Assembly: GCA_030390025.1 (NCBI GenBank)
Contig: CM059433.1
Span: 90,086,001-90,150,000, forward strand
Reading direction: 5' to 3'
From: Squalus acanthias
Lineage: Eukaryota
DNA length: 64,000 bases
Of this stretch, positions 52,909-64,000 are shown piece after piece; position 1 is the first letter of the stretch; each line of letters opens with the position of its first letter. The position numbers and the translations under genes were made by a program. The notes beneath the pieces are model-generated. The model saw only the letters and a program-made list of their open reading frames with translations. It was not told where the DNA came from and searched no databases.

Positions 52909-53578
52909 CCTCGCATTCATCCCCTTTCTGCTGAAATCCTGCTTTGCAGATGCACTTGCCAATGGGCACCAGCCACTCACCCTCTGCACTGCAGTGCATC
53001 TTCGGAGGGTTTTCTGTTTCCTCTTCCGCGTCGCTGACACACGTGCCACGCACCTCCACTAGGGATGAAAACTCAGACCCTGTCACTGTGTCTGGGAAAA
53101 CTGCCAAATTTTCCACAATAGACCAACACTTTTTATAGTAAACGCGCACAGACACCAGGGCAATGCAGGCACCCACATCCTGGAAAGCCAAGTAGAATCC
53201 CTTTTTCGACAAAGGGCCGATTTCTCGCACCTCTGTGTTGAGCTTCATTACACGCTCCCCAAGGTCCCCTTGAGTAAAACTTTCATCTGCTGCAATAGTA
53301 TCTATTTTGAGGTACTGACTCTCCTTAATGTTCCTGCCAGCGTCTGAGTCGCTCTCAAAGTAATATAGGTTAAATGTCTCCTTGCATGTCCCCAAGACTC
53401 CTGGAATGCTATTACAATCCCTCAGGGTAAACTTCATCTCCACAAATATCCTCTGAGCATTGCCTCTTGCAATCCAGTTAGTCCGCAGCCAGTTGTTCTG
53501 ATTAGGTTCCATTACTCGGCACACCTGGTACGTGCGGATGGGAATGTAGTTCTCGTCTACTCCGCTGATCTCTTCCCA
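52909..53578 (-). CDS. EPHA7: EPHA7 exon 3 (ligand-binding domain plus Cys-rich/Sushi region)
   Basis: 670 nt, [20 protein letters not shown]...[16 protein letters not shown]. EphA7-type motifs include [20 protein letters not shown] and [15 protein letters not shown]. Acceptor CCTTTCAG|TGG; donor GAGG|GTAAGT. Confidence 0.98.
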
Positions 53579-55823
53579 CTGAAAGGCAACAGTACAAGAT
53601 GTAACCTTACCATGGCATAACAATAAACTGAGACCGAAAAGCCAAAAAAAAAAACATTTTGTTTTTGTTTGTAGAGACTGTATTTTGAAACATTAAAAAA
53701 ACAAAATTCACCCAAGAGCAATTGAAAGGGATCAAAATCAAGAGTAGCTGTTGTATTGTGGACTGTTGTAAATTCTCTTCTGTCCTTGACAAACCAGAGA
53801 GTGCTTTAGATTGGGCAGGTTTGGAGTATTGGAGATACAAAGTTTACAATCAATGTGTTCTGAATGGTTTCAAAAGTGGGGTCATTACACAAAAGCTTTC
53901 AGATAAAAGCTACCCATATCAAACTATCCAACAACATTCATAGTTTCTAAAAAAATCTCTACTCGGTAATACCAACATTGAGCTATTTCTACACCCACCC
54001 TATGGGATGGCACAGTGCATTTAAAGCGGCATCAGAATAAATCTATATTATGGTAATTCTACCAACAGTTAGACAGCAATGACTGGGGTCTGTTACAAAT
54101 TGGCCTGCTAAGAGCACAGATTAGGAATTCGGGTGTGGAGCTCAGCATGCCCCATAGGAGTTTCCTTGTATTAATTTTAATTGATGGAAGATCCTGCAGG
54201 GCCCACTGACCTTTGTGCCAAATTCTCAATCTGAGTTTCCAGCATAGAATGCTCTACGCCAGGAGTGCAAGTTCTTAATATGACCCTAACATGTCACTAC
54301 CCTGAACATTCATCCACGTTTGGTGGGCGAAGCATCAAGAATTTCAGCTCTCACTCCCTTTATGCACGCACATCTTATTCACTCCACAACAAACATCTGT
54401 GTTAAACAAGGATGGTTGACTGCTGCTTGATACTGAAGTAACCTGATATTGGACCTAGATTATCAGATCTGTGCATATACTGCTCAATTTGATTTATTTT
54501 GGAAAACCGATTATTTGAAGGTGTGCTACTGTGCAATTTATAAAACAGGAATTGGCTCCACCAGTGGCTGGGTGAATTTATTCAATCAGCAGCTGCTCTA
54601 TGCAGACCAGGGAGGACCTAAGTTGGATCTCCAGTCTATGCTCAGTTAGCTGATCATCACTTTGGCAGTGGCTGAGGTGTTACAACTGACCTCAGTACCT
54701 CTTGGTTAAGGTGGGGCTAATCATACTGGGTTCCTATCTAAAGCTCTATACTAGGAATGCACGTGTGGAGGTCAGATGACAACGGAATTGAGTTTGACTG
54801 TCACACGCCATGCAGTTGAAGCACTTGTCAACACTCGCTGTCGAGACTTACATATAAATAATAGCCACTTGAGCAAGATACTAAAACAGCAACCAGTGCC
54901 GATGGAACTTTACTCCAGCAAGACGTTGAAGAGGCCAGTGGTCAGCTATGGGTGTCCGCTGGGTGCCAGAGAGGCACAGTGGACCCAAGGGTGCACTGCG
55001 CCTCTCAAAGAACGGGCTATTTGCATGGTGAGATTGCACTCCCAGCAAGGCCGCTGCTGACTTGCACTGGAAAATCAAGGAAGAAACTGGAGCGCAGCTG
55101 CAACTGTGAGAGATTGGGGGGGGGGGGAGCTCAAAACTTAGAAATATTTTGGTAGCTGATTGGGTTCTTTGATCTACAGCCTGCCCCTGTGACAGCAGTT
55201 GGTTCTCCGGTCAACGGGGATCTCAGAGCAGGCCCTGACACCAGGTTTCTTCAATGGGGCGCTCAATGATCATGTGATGCAGAAAGTGAGGTGGGATATC
55301 AGCTATGCCCCGCCCACCTCACAGTAAAATGGTAGCTTTGCACCCGGCCCACTGATACCCATGCCCGAGTATTTCTGGAACAGAGAAGTGGGGGCAGAAA
55401 CCTGACGTAACAGGGCTAAGTCCCTTTTTTTCTCCTCACTTCACCTGCAGAGCTCCTATTACCAGGCGCAGCAAAGAGGAAAATGTACCCTGATATTTTC
55501 AGAAGGGGAGGGGAGAAAAAAAAACTGGCAAGTAAATTTGGCAAGAAAAAAAGCAGGAAACGAAATGGACCATTTGAAGGATATTCCGTGTTCATTAAAA
55601 CAAAATTCTAATCCTTTTATCACAGAAACTAGAGAACAGGATAGAGTGCTTTTTATTTCTAATTTTACAGTATATTAATGTAGACTGAACCCTGGCTAGA
55701 TAAATCTATCAAGTATAACAGGCTCAACGTTCATTAACTTCCCTCTAACTGCAGCCTGAAAAAGCTTCATAATTAAATTTTTTCCAGGCATAAGTAGGAG
55801 ACAAAGAGGCCAAACTACACTTT

Positions 55824-56560
55824 GGGCTAGAAATTCGGTGCATTTGCGCCTCTCGTCATGGGGCGCAAATGACTTTTCTCCCGGGCGCGGTGTCGCTAAT
55901 GACTCCCGCTAAATTCAGTGGGTGTTTAGCGGCGGCGGTAACCCATAGCGCCCCGCTCCGCTGCGCAGGCAATGACGATGTCATCATCGTGCGCAGTGCC
56001 CCGTTTTCGCCCCGCCTGCAAAATTGGCCCGCGCCCCCTGAATCTGCGCCAGGCGATGATAGCGATCAATTCAGGGGGTGGGAATGGAGCGGCAGGAGGC
56101 TCGCAGGGCGCTAAGTAAGGGGAGGTGGTGGCAGGGGGAAAAAAAATCGTCCGACTTACTTGTGGCGGCCCGTTGCCTCTTTGAACGCGGGGTCCGTGCC
56201 GCGATCTGGCAGCCCGGCACTCCTCTTGAGTGCCGGGCTGCTGGCACGGTACCCCGCTCCCCGGTGGTCCAGGTAGGGCCCCGCAGAGTTGTGGACTTGG
56301 CCCCTCCCCTTTAATGAGGGGAGTAGCCCTTCCATGCGGCAGCACTACGTGGCCCAGTGTGTAGCGCTGCGGAACGCACCGCCCCGATACTCGCGGTTAG
56401 CGCTCTAAGAAGGCAGTGGAGCACTTGAATTAGCGCTCCACCTCCCTCTTGGGGCGCTAAAACTGAATTTACCGATCGCCGCGCTATTTTTCGTTGGTGC
56501 TAAATTTAGCGCCCAGGCGATGTTAGCAACCCAAAATAGTCGCTAGCGAGTTTTTCCCCC
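55824..56560. mobile_element. Harbinger-like MITE family A in EPHA7 intron 2
   Basis: Ends GGGCTAGAAATTCG / CGAGTTTTTCCCCC with TTT on both flanks. Homologous to the 20042 element. Confidence 0.82.
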
Positions 56561-58404
56561 TTTATTTTTTAATCACGTCCTGAACAATCGCATTTGAGAT
56601 ATTTTCTGATTGAGATCAATGTTGATGGGTGTTATGATTTGCATGTTTACAGAGCTCTTCATTAGTTTCCACCAATCACACTGATAGAAGAGTGGAGCAA
56701 GTGCACAAATCACACACTTTTGAACATTGAGCCCTGCTGGATAAAAACATGTCTTCCAAAATGAGAAGATATGGAACATTTGTTCTCGCAGTTAAGTTTC
56801 TGTAGCTCGTTCCTATACTGGGAGAGAATTTAATTTATGAATCACTGCAGATATAATTTTTTTTGTGGACGTGCCTACCCTGAATTTCCATTAACTCTCC
56901 CTGCCCTATGATACAAAGATTTCCTCATTTCATTTGCACAGTGCCTGATTTTTTTATCCATTTATGTGTATCCCAATGCTTGAACCTTATGCTTCCATTT
57001 GTTTTTAGAATAACCGCACAACACAAATGGCCAATTGAAAAGGTTATTACTTTATAAATGTAAAGGCAATCTGCAGAATTCCCTTCACAATGGGTTAATT
57101 GTCAATTTCCAGTCAGTTTCATGAATCCAGAACCAACCAGCTGATGATCTGTGTACTTATAAAAGGGATTGACAGCTGGTAGAGCAGGTAAATGAAAATG
57201 TATGCAACATCATTAATCAGGAAAAATACTTGTAGAAAATAATTATAGCAACTTAAATAGACAACAAAGTAATTTGTAAAATATATATATATTTAATCAT
57301 AGCCTATTAATAGGCCAGGGGACTTGGAGCTGCCGATTTTAAGGTTAATTTTCATTACTGTTGAGTGAATATAATTCAATACCAAGAGAGTTAATACATA
57401 AACGACCTACCTGGGCAATAATATGTTTTGATCTGTTTTTCAATTGTTTTTGTATTGGTGGGGGTGGCAACATATTCTTGCCTGGTAAGCTTTAGTTGTA
57501 TTTTTACATTCGATATCAAAGATGAAACACTCATACAAATTCATTTTTATTAAATTGTCACATATTATGCAGTCTATTATTCACACAGGCTTAATCCACA
57601 TTTTATCTTTACTTTGCTTGTGCAGGATACCTGCTTGATGACTTTCTTTTTCATTGAATCACAGTAATGGAAGAACTTGTTTGACACTGTTTTTACTATT
57701 ATATAGTGACGATTATTTGAATGAGATGTAGGCTCGAATTAAAGGAAGACAGACAAGTCGAGAACAAGGACAGCACCAAGTAATACCTGTTGGTAGCGAG
57801 CAAAGTAATTGCATTAAGGGCTGTCATGTGAACCAGAGCAAGCAGGGAGCAATGTTCTGACTAAAACACAGTCTAAAGAGACAAGCTCAGACAACAAAGC
57901 CACTCAATACAACCACCTTTTGCCAAAATAGAGTCCCTTTTATCTGATTGCCTCGAAGATAAACAGAAACCTTTCTGAAGAGCTGAGTAACAATTCTTTC
58001 TAAATCCCATTTATGAAAAGCCCCCTGTAATGTTGCAGACAACTTCTGGAATGTCCAAAGCATTGATATTCATTTACCTCAGACAAACACCCTGCTACTG
58101 AAGTCCTTCTGCAGATTCCGTATCATAAGATTTGCAAGGCTCTCAGAAGAGCCTCTGCTGGATACCTGACTGCCAACTACACAAGCTGAGGGAAAGTTCT
58201 GCCATTATTATGTTGTAGTGCCAGGTGAATTAACTCCTTATATGCTGGGTTTGCTCTGACCTTTCAGAAATGGTGAAGGATCTTATCCCTGCACTTAGAA
58301 AGCATCAGAAGTTTGAAATATGATTGTTATGAGAAGAAAAATGCTGAAAATTGTATGGCTTGGGAATAGCAGGAAACTTTTGTTCAGGTACAAATATTAT
58401 GCAT

Positions 58405-58700
58405 GGGTTCATGTGGTGCAGTAGGTTGGCACATTGTCTTTTCACCTCTGGAACCTGGATTGAAATATAGCCCAGTCTGACAGGATAAAAAATGTCCTAT
58501 TTTTGCCAGCTGTAAGCATTCTACATGGCACGAGCTTGGATGAATTTGAACATGGTTCCTAAAGGACGTGGGCACAGAGCATAAAAATGCCCAGTTCAGG
58601 AAATTGCCTGAGAGAATCTATAAAGATGGTGGGTGTGGTAAGTGAGGAAATCCATGCTGGTGAATAAGTCGAGGCATATTGCTGGGGCAGAGTTATTCTA
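58405..58700 (+). mobile_element. LF-SINE-like fragment, degraded
   Basis: CTTTTCACCTCTGGAACCTGGATTGAAATATAGCCCAG...GCCAGCTGT...ATGAATTTGAACA, shared with 30258-30450. Confidence 0.5.
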
Positions 58701-60558
58701 TCTATGATTTAACTGGGTTTGGAGTGGTTGATGCTGACACTGGACCAAGAAATTAAAAAAAGTGTTCCATTCCCAGCACTAACATCTCTCATCTTAATGA
58801 GCACAAAAATCAAATTCATCAAAGGCAACTGAAATATAATTATGCAGGTTTGGTCTCACTGATTATCATGACACAGCACTACTCTTTGTTTTATAAACTT
58901 TTTTGTTTTGTTTTTTGTTGTTGATGCATTATACAAATCCTGCTGCATTACGAAACAGCCAATTGCTGTCTAATTCACAGCTTTTCCACGATGTTCAATC
59001 GTGTGATCTTCGATTTTTGTCATTTTAATTTATTAGCAGTGCGGCATCACATATCTGTCTGGATTAATTATACATTTTGGTTTTTTCAGACAATGTGTGC
59101 AATTTTCGAACAAAAAAAATAACTCTGCACATAGCAAGGCAGCACTCCCTAGCTACAGGAATTTGTCAATACTAGTGATTTGTACATCTTGATTTAATCA
59201 AAACAAATTATTTTAGTATGCATGAGAATTTACCTTAGGAAATTATGTTCTGCGGCCTACATGACCTTGCTGCAACCTATGGCCCCAACAAGGTGAGCTA
59301 TGCAATGTTGCACTGTGCAAAGAAACTTCCAGTGAGGTAAAGGGAAATAAAACATATGACTAACATCAGATGCTCTCAATTTCTTTGCTATATCCAGACT
59401 AATACATTCAAGAAGAATGCCACGCAGGATTTCCTGCATATAGGAATGCAATACAATTGCTAAATTATCTTGCATCAAAAGGATGAACACATAATTGAAA
59501 CAAAAGAGAGAGTATTATCCATACTGACAACAGGTGTTCTCGGCAACTAGTGGTTGCTTTCATTATCTACTGCATCATTTATAAGGTAATTTGCAAACCA
59601 CAACATTTTCCATTTCTGGTGCAATCCAATTTCAAAATTACCCTATAAACACCACAGATACTTTGTGAGTGAAGCAGATTCTAGCCGACCTGTCTTCCGG
59701 AACTGGCTATGGGTTTGACTTGGGGTGAAAGTGAAATTCTCCCAGACCCACCCACAGGAGGCAGTATAAACAGGGCATAATTCAATCAGGGGAAAAATTT
59801 AGGACAAAGTCTAAACAGCCTGCAGTCATAGTCCAGTTACATATTACACGCCGCCGGTAATTGAAATGCCCATTTGTCTGATCATCTAGAATGTATTTCA
59901 AAACTCCAAGTTGTTTAAGTGTATCTACACATTTTCCTTTGTTATGTATTTCGCCAGTATGTTAATAAATATATTGGCTCACTTTTTAAAAAATTGTTCC
60001 TTTTTTAAAATATTTAATATACCTGATATTGAATATATTTTAATTCATTGGCCTAAAAAAGTCAGTTCTGGCAAAGTTAGTTACAGCAAAATTTCCCAGA
60101 AACAATTAAAAAATGCTCATTCATTTCTGCCATAATGAAAAGTTAGACAACGGAGCAATCAACAGGTTACTCTGGGGATAAGAACGATGTTAGTTTTAGT
60201 GTGTGTGTATTGGAAATCAATTGATTGCTATTCATTAAATTTCATTTACCCCAGGTACAGGCACCTCAACTATCTAAGTTTTGGAGTGTGTGATTTATGT
60301 CTGGCTCTATGCTACCCTACGTAATATAACGTTTTTCTCTCTTAGATTAGTTCCAATTACTTTGAGCAGTCGATCTTCTCGCTGTTTGAGGCGGGGCTCG
60401 AGACACAAAGGGGCACTGTAATGAATTACATCGAAGTCCTCTTGAAATTCAGAGCCAACGGCAGGGATACATATATGGTCCTTCGGGTTCAGGTTAGGGC
60501 TCTGTGCCATTGGCGAATATGTGTCATTTGAAAAGGGTTTGAAGACGTGAAGGCTTAC

Positions 60559-60623
60559 CCCATCAGGAGGAGAAGAGATCCACTCCAGCTCTGTCTGCTG
60601 TGCTTTGGAATCCAGCAAAATAA
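60559..60623 (-). CDS. EPHA7: EPHA7 exon 2 (start of ligand-binding domain)
   Basis: 65 nt encoding (V)ILLDSKAQQTELEWISSPPDG, near-identical to human EPHA7 VLLLDSKAQQTELEWISSPPNG. Pyrimidine-rich acceptor ending CTGGCAG; donor GGG|GTAAGC. Phase 1 in, phase 0 out. Confidence 0.97.
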
Positions 60624-62399
60624 CTGCCAGAGAGGGGAAAAAAATCAAACGAAAAGAGTGAAACTGCAGTCACCTACTTACATAAACACAATACAGGTTA
60701 TTTTGGATCAACTTGTAAAATAATGCCTTCAGTCTGATATAAACCCAGAGCCGATAAAAAAGAACAATAATTACCCAAGCGATGAGCAGTCCGCCAATTA
60801 AAGTTAGTTTAGTTTCAACAAGGCCAATTTAAAATTTCCAAAATTGGTAGCGTTTGATTTCAAAATCGAGTCTATAAAATCAGCATTCTATGCGTCTGTT
60901 AAAAACGTTTTTTTTTTGCATATTAGAAAGAACCGCCTCCGATCCCCGTTCGGTCTACTATTAATAACGATTTTTTTTTTTCAATGAACTAAATATATAA
61001 ACCTCCGTCTGTTCTCTAGACAGACGAAGTGTCCCATATTGCGGTGCCTGGCTGTCTGATCCCGGGAGAAGACAAATTCATCATCACCGCTACAGTGTGC
61101 GTGTTTGGCCATCCGGATTTATTTACAGGAGAGGTGGGAGATGTCACAGCCATTGGTTTCAAGCGAGACCGCTCGCTGGCTGAACTTTTCTCTCATTGAC
61201 GAGAATTCACTCTCAATTCTTCTTCTGGGAACAGGGTCTTCGGGGGGACCATTAGACGCGGTCATTCAGTTCAGATCGAAGTGCAATCCGATTCTGGCGT
61301 CTGGCACCAGTTGTCCGGGCCGCGTCTATCACGGGCATTCTCCACTGAAATACATTTCACATACCGTACGGCACAAGACATTTTTAACAGTCGCGGAACG
61401 AACTTTAAAAATAACTATCGCCTTTTTGTTTACTTCTTTCAATGTCACTTTAAATGGTCGTTAAAATCGGAAAACAAAACAGTTGGTGTTGTTAAAGTGG
61501 CTGAAAAGCTGGGATGTCTGAGGACAAGTTGTCAGGTTAGTCCTGACGTGATTTCCCTAAAAGCTGAGCTCTGCTTTACTCCGGCATCTCACACTAAAAT
61601 ACAAATCAATACCAGTTCCGAGCCACTGATTTCTCCTTTTTAATAATTTTGTCCCGGTCTCTCTCTCTCTTGAAGAAAGTTACATCTATGTCCTTAGATT
61701 TGTCTGGTGACTCTGTGTGTCTGATCTGATGCAGGGGGTGAGAAGAGTTGGTTTCGAATGGATGAAACGGACGTGAAATTAACGAGCTTCTCTCTCCAAC
61801 AGGAGGAGATGAGGAAAGGGGAATCACAGGCGTTTGGAGAAGCTGTTTGCCGATCGCTATATCGCCAGCCAAGGGAAGGCCGAGCTAGTGCGGGGTGGCC
61901 GAGAGGTCTATATCTGGTTTCAGGTGTCAGACAGTGCGAGGAGAAGCTGCAGACCGCCTCCAAGCGACAGGTAACCAGCACAGTCCCGCAAACACAGCGA
62001 GACAGCAGGGGAAGCGCCGCTTTAAACATCCTGACCAAACAAACGACAGACACATCCATATTAAAAATAGGAAATCACATTTATTTGACACAAATCGTAT
62101 TTTTTTTTAATCTCGAAAGATTTTACTTTACGCATACATATGCGGGCACGCCACATCTTTTCTGTCAGAGCAATTAATATGTAATATTTAACGTTATTGG
62201 TAACTTTGGCAACAAACCCTTTCAGAGACGAGCAAGGCGATCTCGCCGGGCTGAGCCGGGCTACCTGGGGCTGTTTCCTGGTCGTCGTTTATCTTTATAC
62301 AGTAAACATTTCATTCAGACTTGTGCACAATGATTGGGGGGGGTTCACGTTTTAAAAAATATATATTTTACACTTATTAATGTCTTAACAACAGAAGCG

Positions 62400-64000
62400 C
62401 CGGGCCACTGGAGATGGATACACTCGGTATTATTTCGCGGTGCCGCTCTGGTCCGAGCTGCCCAGCACGAACTTCGCACAAGTTTCGAGTCTCTTTAAAC
62501 ATTCACAATGTTTGATCGCTTCTGCGGAGCATTCCGTTACTGTGAGACTGCGACACTTTCGCGTACGCGTGACGAGCGATGTGAGAAAGGGCAAGTGAGA
62601 AGGGATCTGTGAGGGGAAAGAGTAAGAAGGCACAACTGGGGAGGACAGGCGGCGGTGTGATTGAACACAGCTTTATCGGCGGCAGCGGTGTCAGATTATT
62701 ATCGGGGTGGTTTTTTTTGTTGTTAAAATACGTTCTCTCCGTCGCCAGCCCACTTCCTCAACAGTGTCAAAACTAACTTCTGCTCCCATTACATGGCACA
62801 TTTCCATTTGTCTTTGGACGGCGCGGCCGATTTGTGACGGGACCCGCCGCTCCTCACATCTGGAGCGCGGGCGAAATGTAACACAGGACCTGCAGAAACT
62901 TTTGAATACAACTCACAGCCCGGAGCTGCTGCCTCGCATTAAGACTCCGCCACCGGCAAATCGCTTCACCCAACTGCTCTCACATTGTTTTCGCGGCAAG
63001 TGCCGGCATTAGCGCTAAACTATCCATATTCGCCCGATACAATTCAGCATTTCCACCTTTTGCGGCGGATTCCGCGGTTCGGGGATGCGATTTGAAAGCG
63101 ACAGAAACCGGCGCTGCGGCCGTGGACGGCAGACTGGGGAGCGCTCGGTGCGGTGCTGATCAGCAGCCGGGTACAGCTTGACAAATCGCCCACTGCAACC
63201 ATTTCAATCGGCAGCGAACACACTTCTAGATTAAAAATGAATGAGTAACAATAGTGGGCCGTGTGTCCAAAAGATGCAGACGCCTCTCACCCGCTTGGCA
63301 CAGTGAAACTGAGGCAGATTTATTGTGATGCCATTTATGTTCCCTTCGTCATTCCACCCAAATTCAAGTGGCACAACATCTGTGGTCAGATCTAAAAGTG
63401 TGCAGTGTCTGTGATTTCGGAAACGTGCCTGTGTCCAATATATACAATCCCCATTCTCGGTGGATGCTCCGGCTGCCTTTACTGGTCAGGGGACAGATGG
63501 AGCCGGGAGTTGGAGGGGAGCACGGCGGCGGGAGCTTTCCACTTGTGCTGTCCCGTCCCGTCCCGTCCCAAAGTAGCGGATCGGTCACGCAAGCAGCATC
63601 TTGAAGAAAAGGGGGAGGAGAAAGAGTTTTCTTCTGTTTCTTACCTTCTCTTGCAGCCTGCGTCAGATGTGTGAGGATGGTGCCGCAGCAGATAATCCAG
63701 AGAGCGTGCCTGAGCTGGGAGCTCATGGTGTAACCGGTGGCTTGTATATATATTTTTTGGTTTGGAGGGGGGGGTGGTGCTATGTCTTATTTTGTTGTTG
63801 CAGCGAAGTCGCCGTGTCTCTGCGCTTTAGGTCCCAGGCTCTGCCAGCAAGCTTCAGTTCCACACACTCTAATAGCGCCCAGTGCTGGGTGGGGGCGGAG
63901 ACCCCGGCCAGCCGCCCCGTCAATCAGCCGGCCCGGCGCTGAGTGACAGTCGCCTCACCCACACACGGACCGCAGCTTGGGCCAGAACCGGCCGAAAGGA
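62400..64000. promoter_or_regulatory. CpG-rich region over the EPHA7 5'UTR, exon 1 and 5' part of intron 1 (probable CpG island)
   Basis: Visibly high CpG density in non-repeat sequence around the start codon, compared with the CpG-poor intron 3. Includes GC box GGGGCGGAG near 63892. The TSS is not determinable. Confidence 0.7.
63645..63726 (-). CDS. EPHA7: EPHA7 coding exon 1 (signal peptide)
   Basis: ATG in ACACCATGA context. Encodes MSSQLRHALWIICCGTILTHLTQAARE+G, a hydrophobic core followed by QAARE (human QAAKE). Donor G|GTAAGA at 63644, phase 1. Confidence 0.9.

Noticed and set aside
52909-53578. Assignment to EPHA10, EPHA4 or EPHA8 instead of EPHA7
   Set aside because: Exon 2 (LLDSKAQQTELEWISSPP) and exon 3 ([18 protein letters not shown]) match recalled EPHA7-specific residues.
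53579-53623. N-terminal part of the 258-aa ORF as a real start
   Set aside because: This is intronic sequence upstream of the exon-3 acceptor; Eph homology begins at WEEISG.
61105-62177. ORFs of 119-139 aa in EPHA7 intron 1
   Set aside because: No recognisable homology or exon structure; explained by the moderately GC-rich intron.

Overview
This is vertebrate genomic DNA, almost certainly from a cartilaginous fish (shark-type HE1/V-SINE, Deu-domain SINE, CR1, L2 and Penelope repeats). The only host protein-coding sequence I can support is the 5' part of EPHA7 (ephrin type-A receptor 7) on the minus strand: coding exon 1 (63645-63726), exon 2 (60559-60623, 65 nt) and exon 3 (52909-53578, 670 nt), all with GT-AG junctions and compatible phases. 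I found no exon 4, so positions 1-52908 are apparently intron 3. That intron is filled with SINE/LINE fragments, many short GC-rich elements with terminal inverted repeats (TIRs) and 3-bp target-site duplications (TSDs) that look like PIF/Harbinger MITEs, a decayed Harbinger-like element with a Myb/SANT remnant, and a 17-bp minisatellite. The most interesting signals are: a CpG-rich promoter-like module inside intron 3 (about 50750-51250); the Harbinger MITE system; a three-level nested retroposon insertion; LF-SINE-like copies; and a possible exon-3 read-through that would give a secreted isoform. I cannot demonstrate a wholly new biological system from sequence alone. Repeat family names come from recalled consensus sequences, not from database searches.
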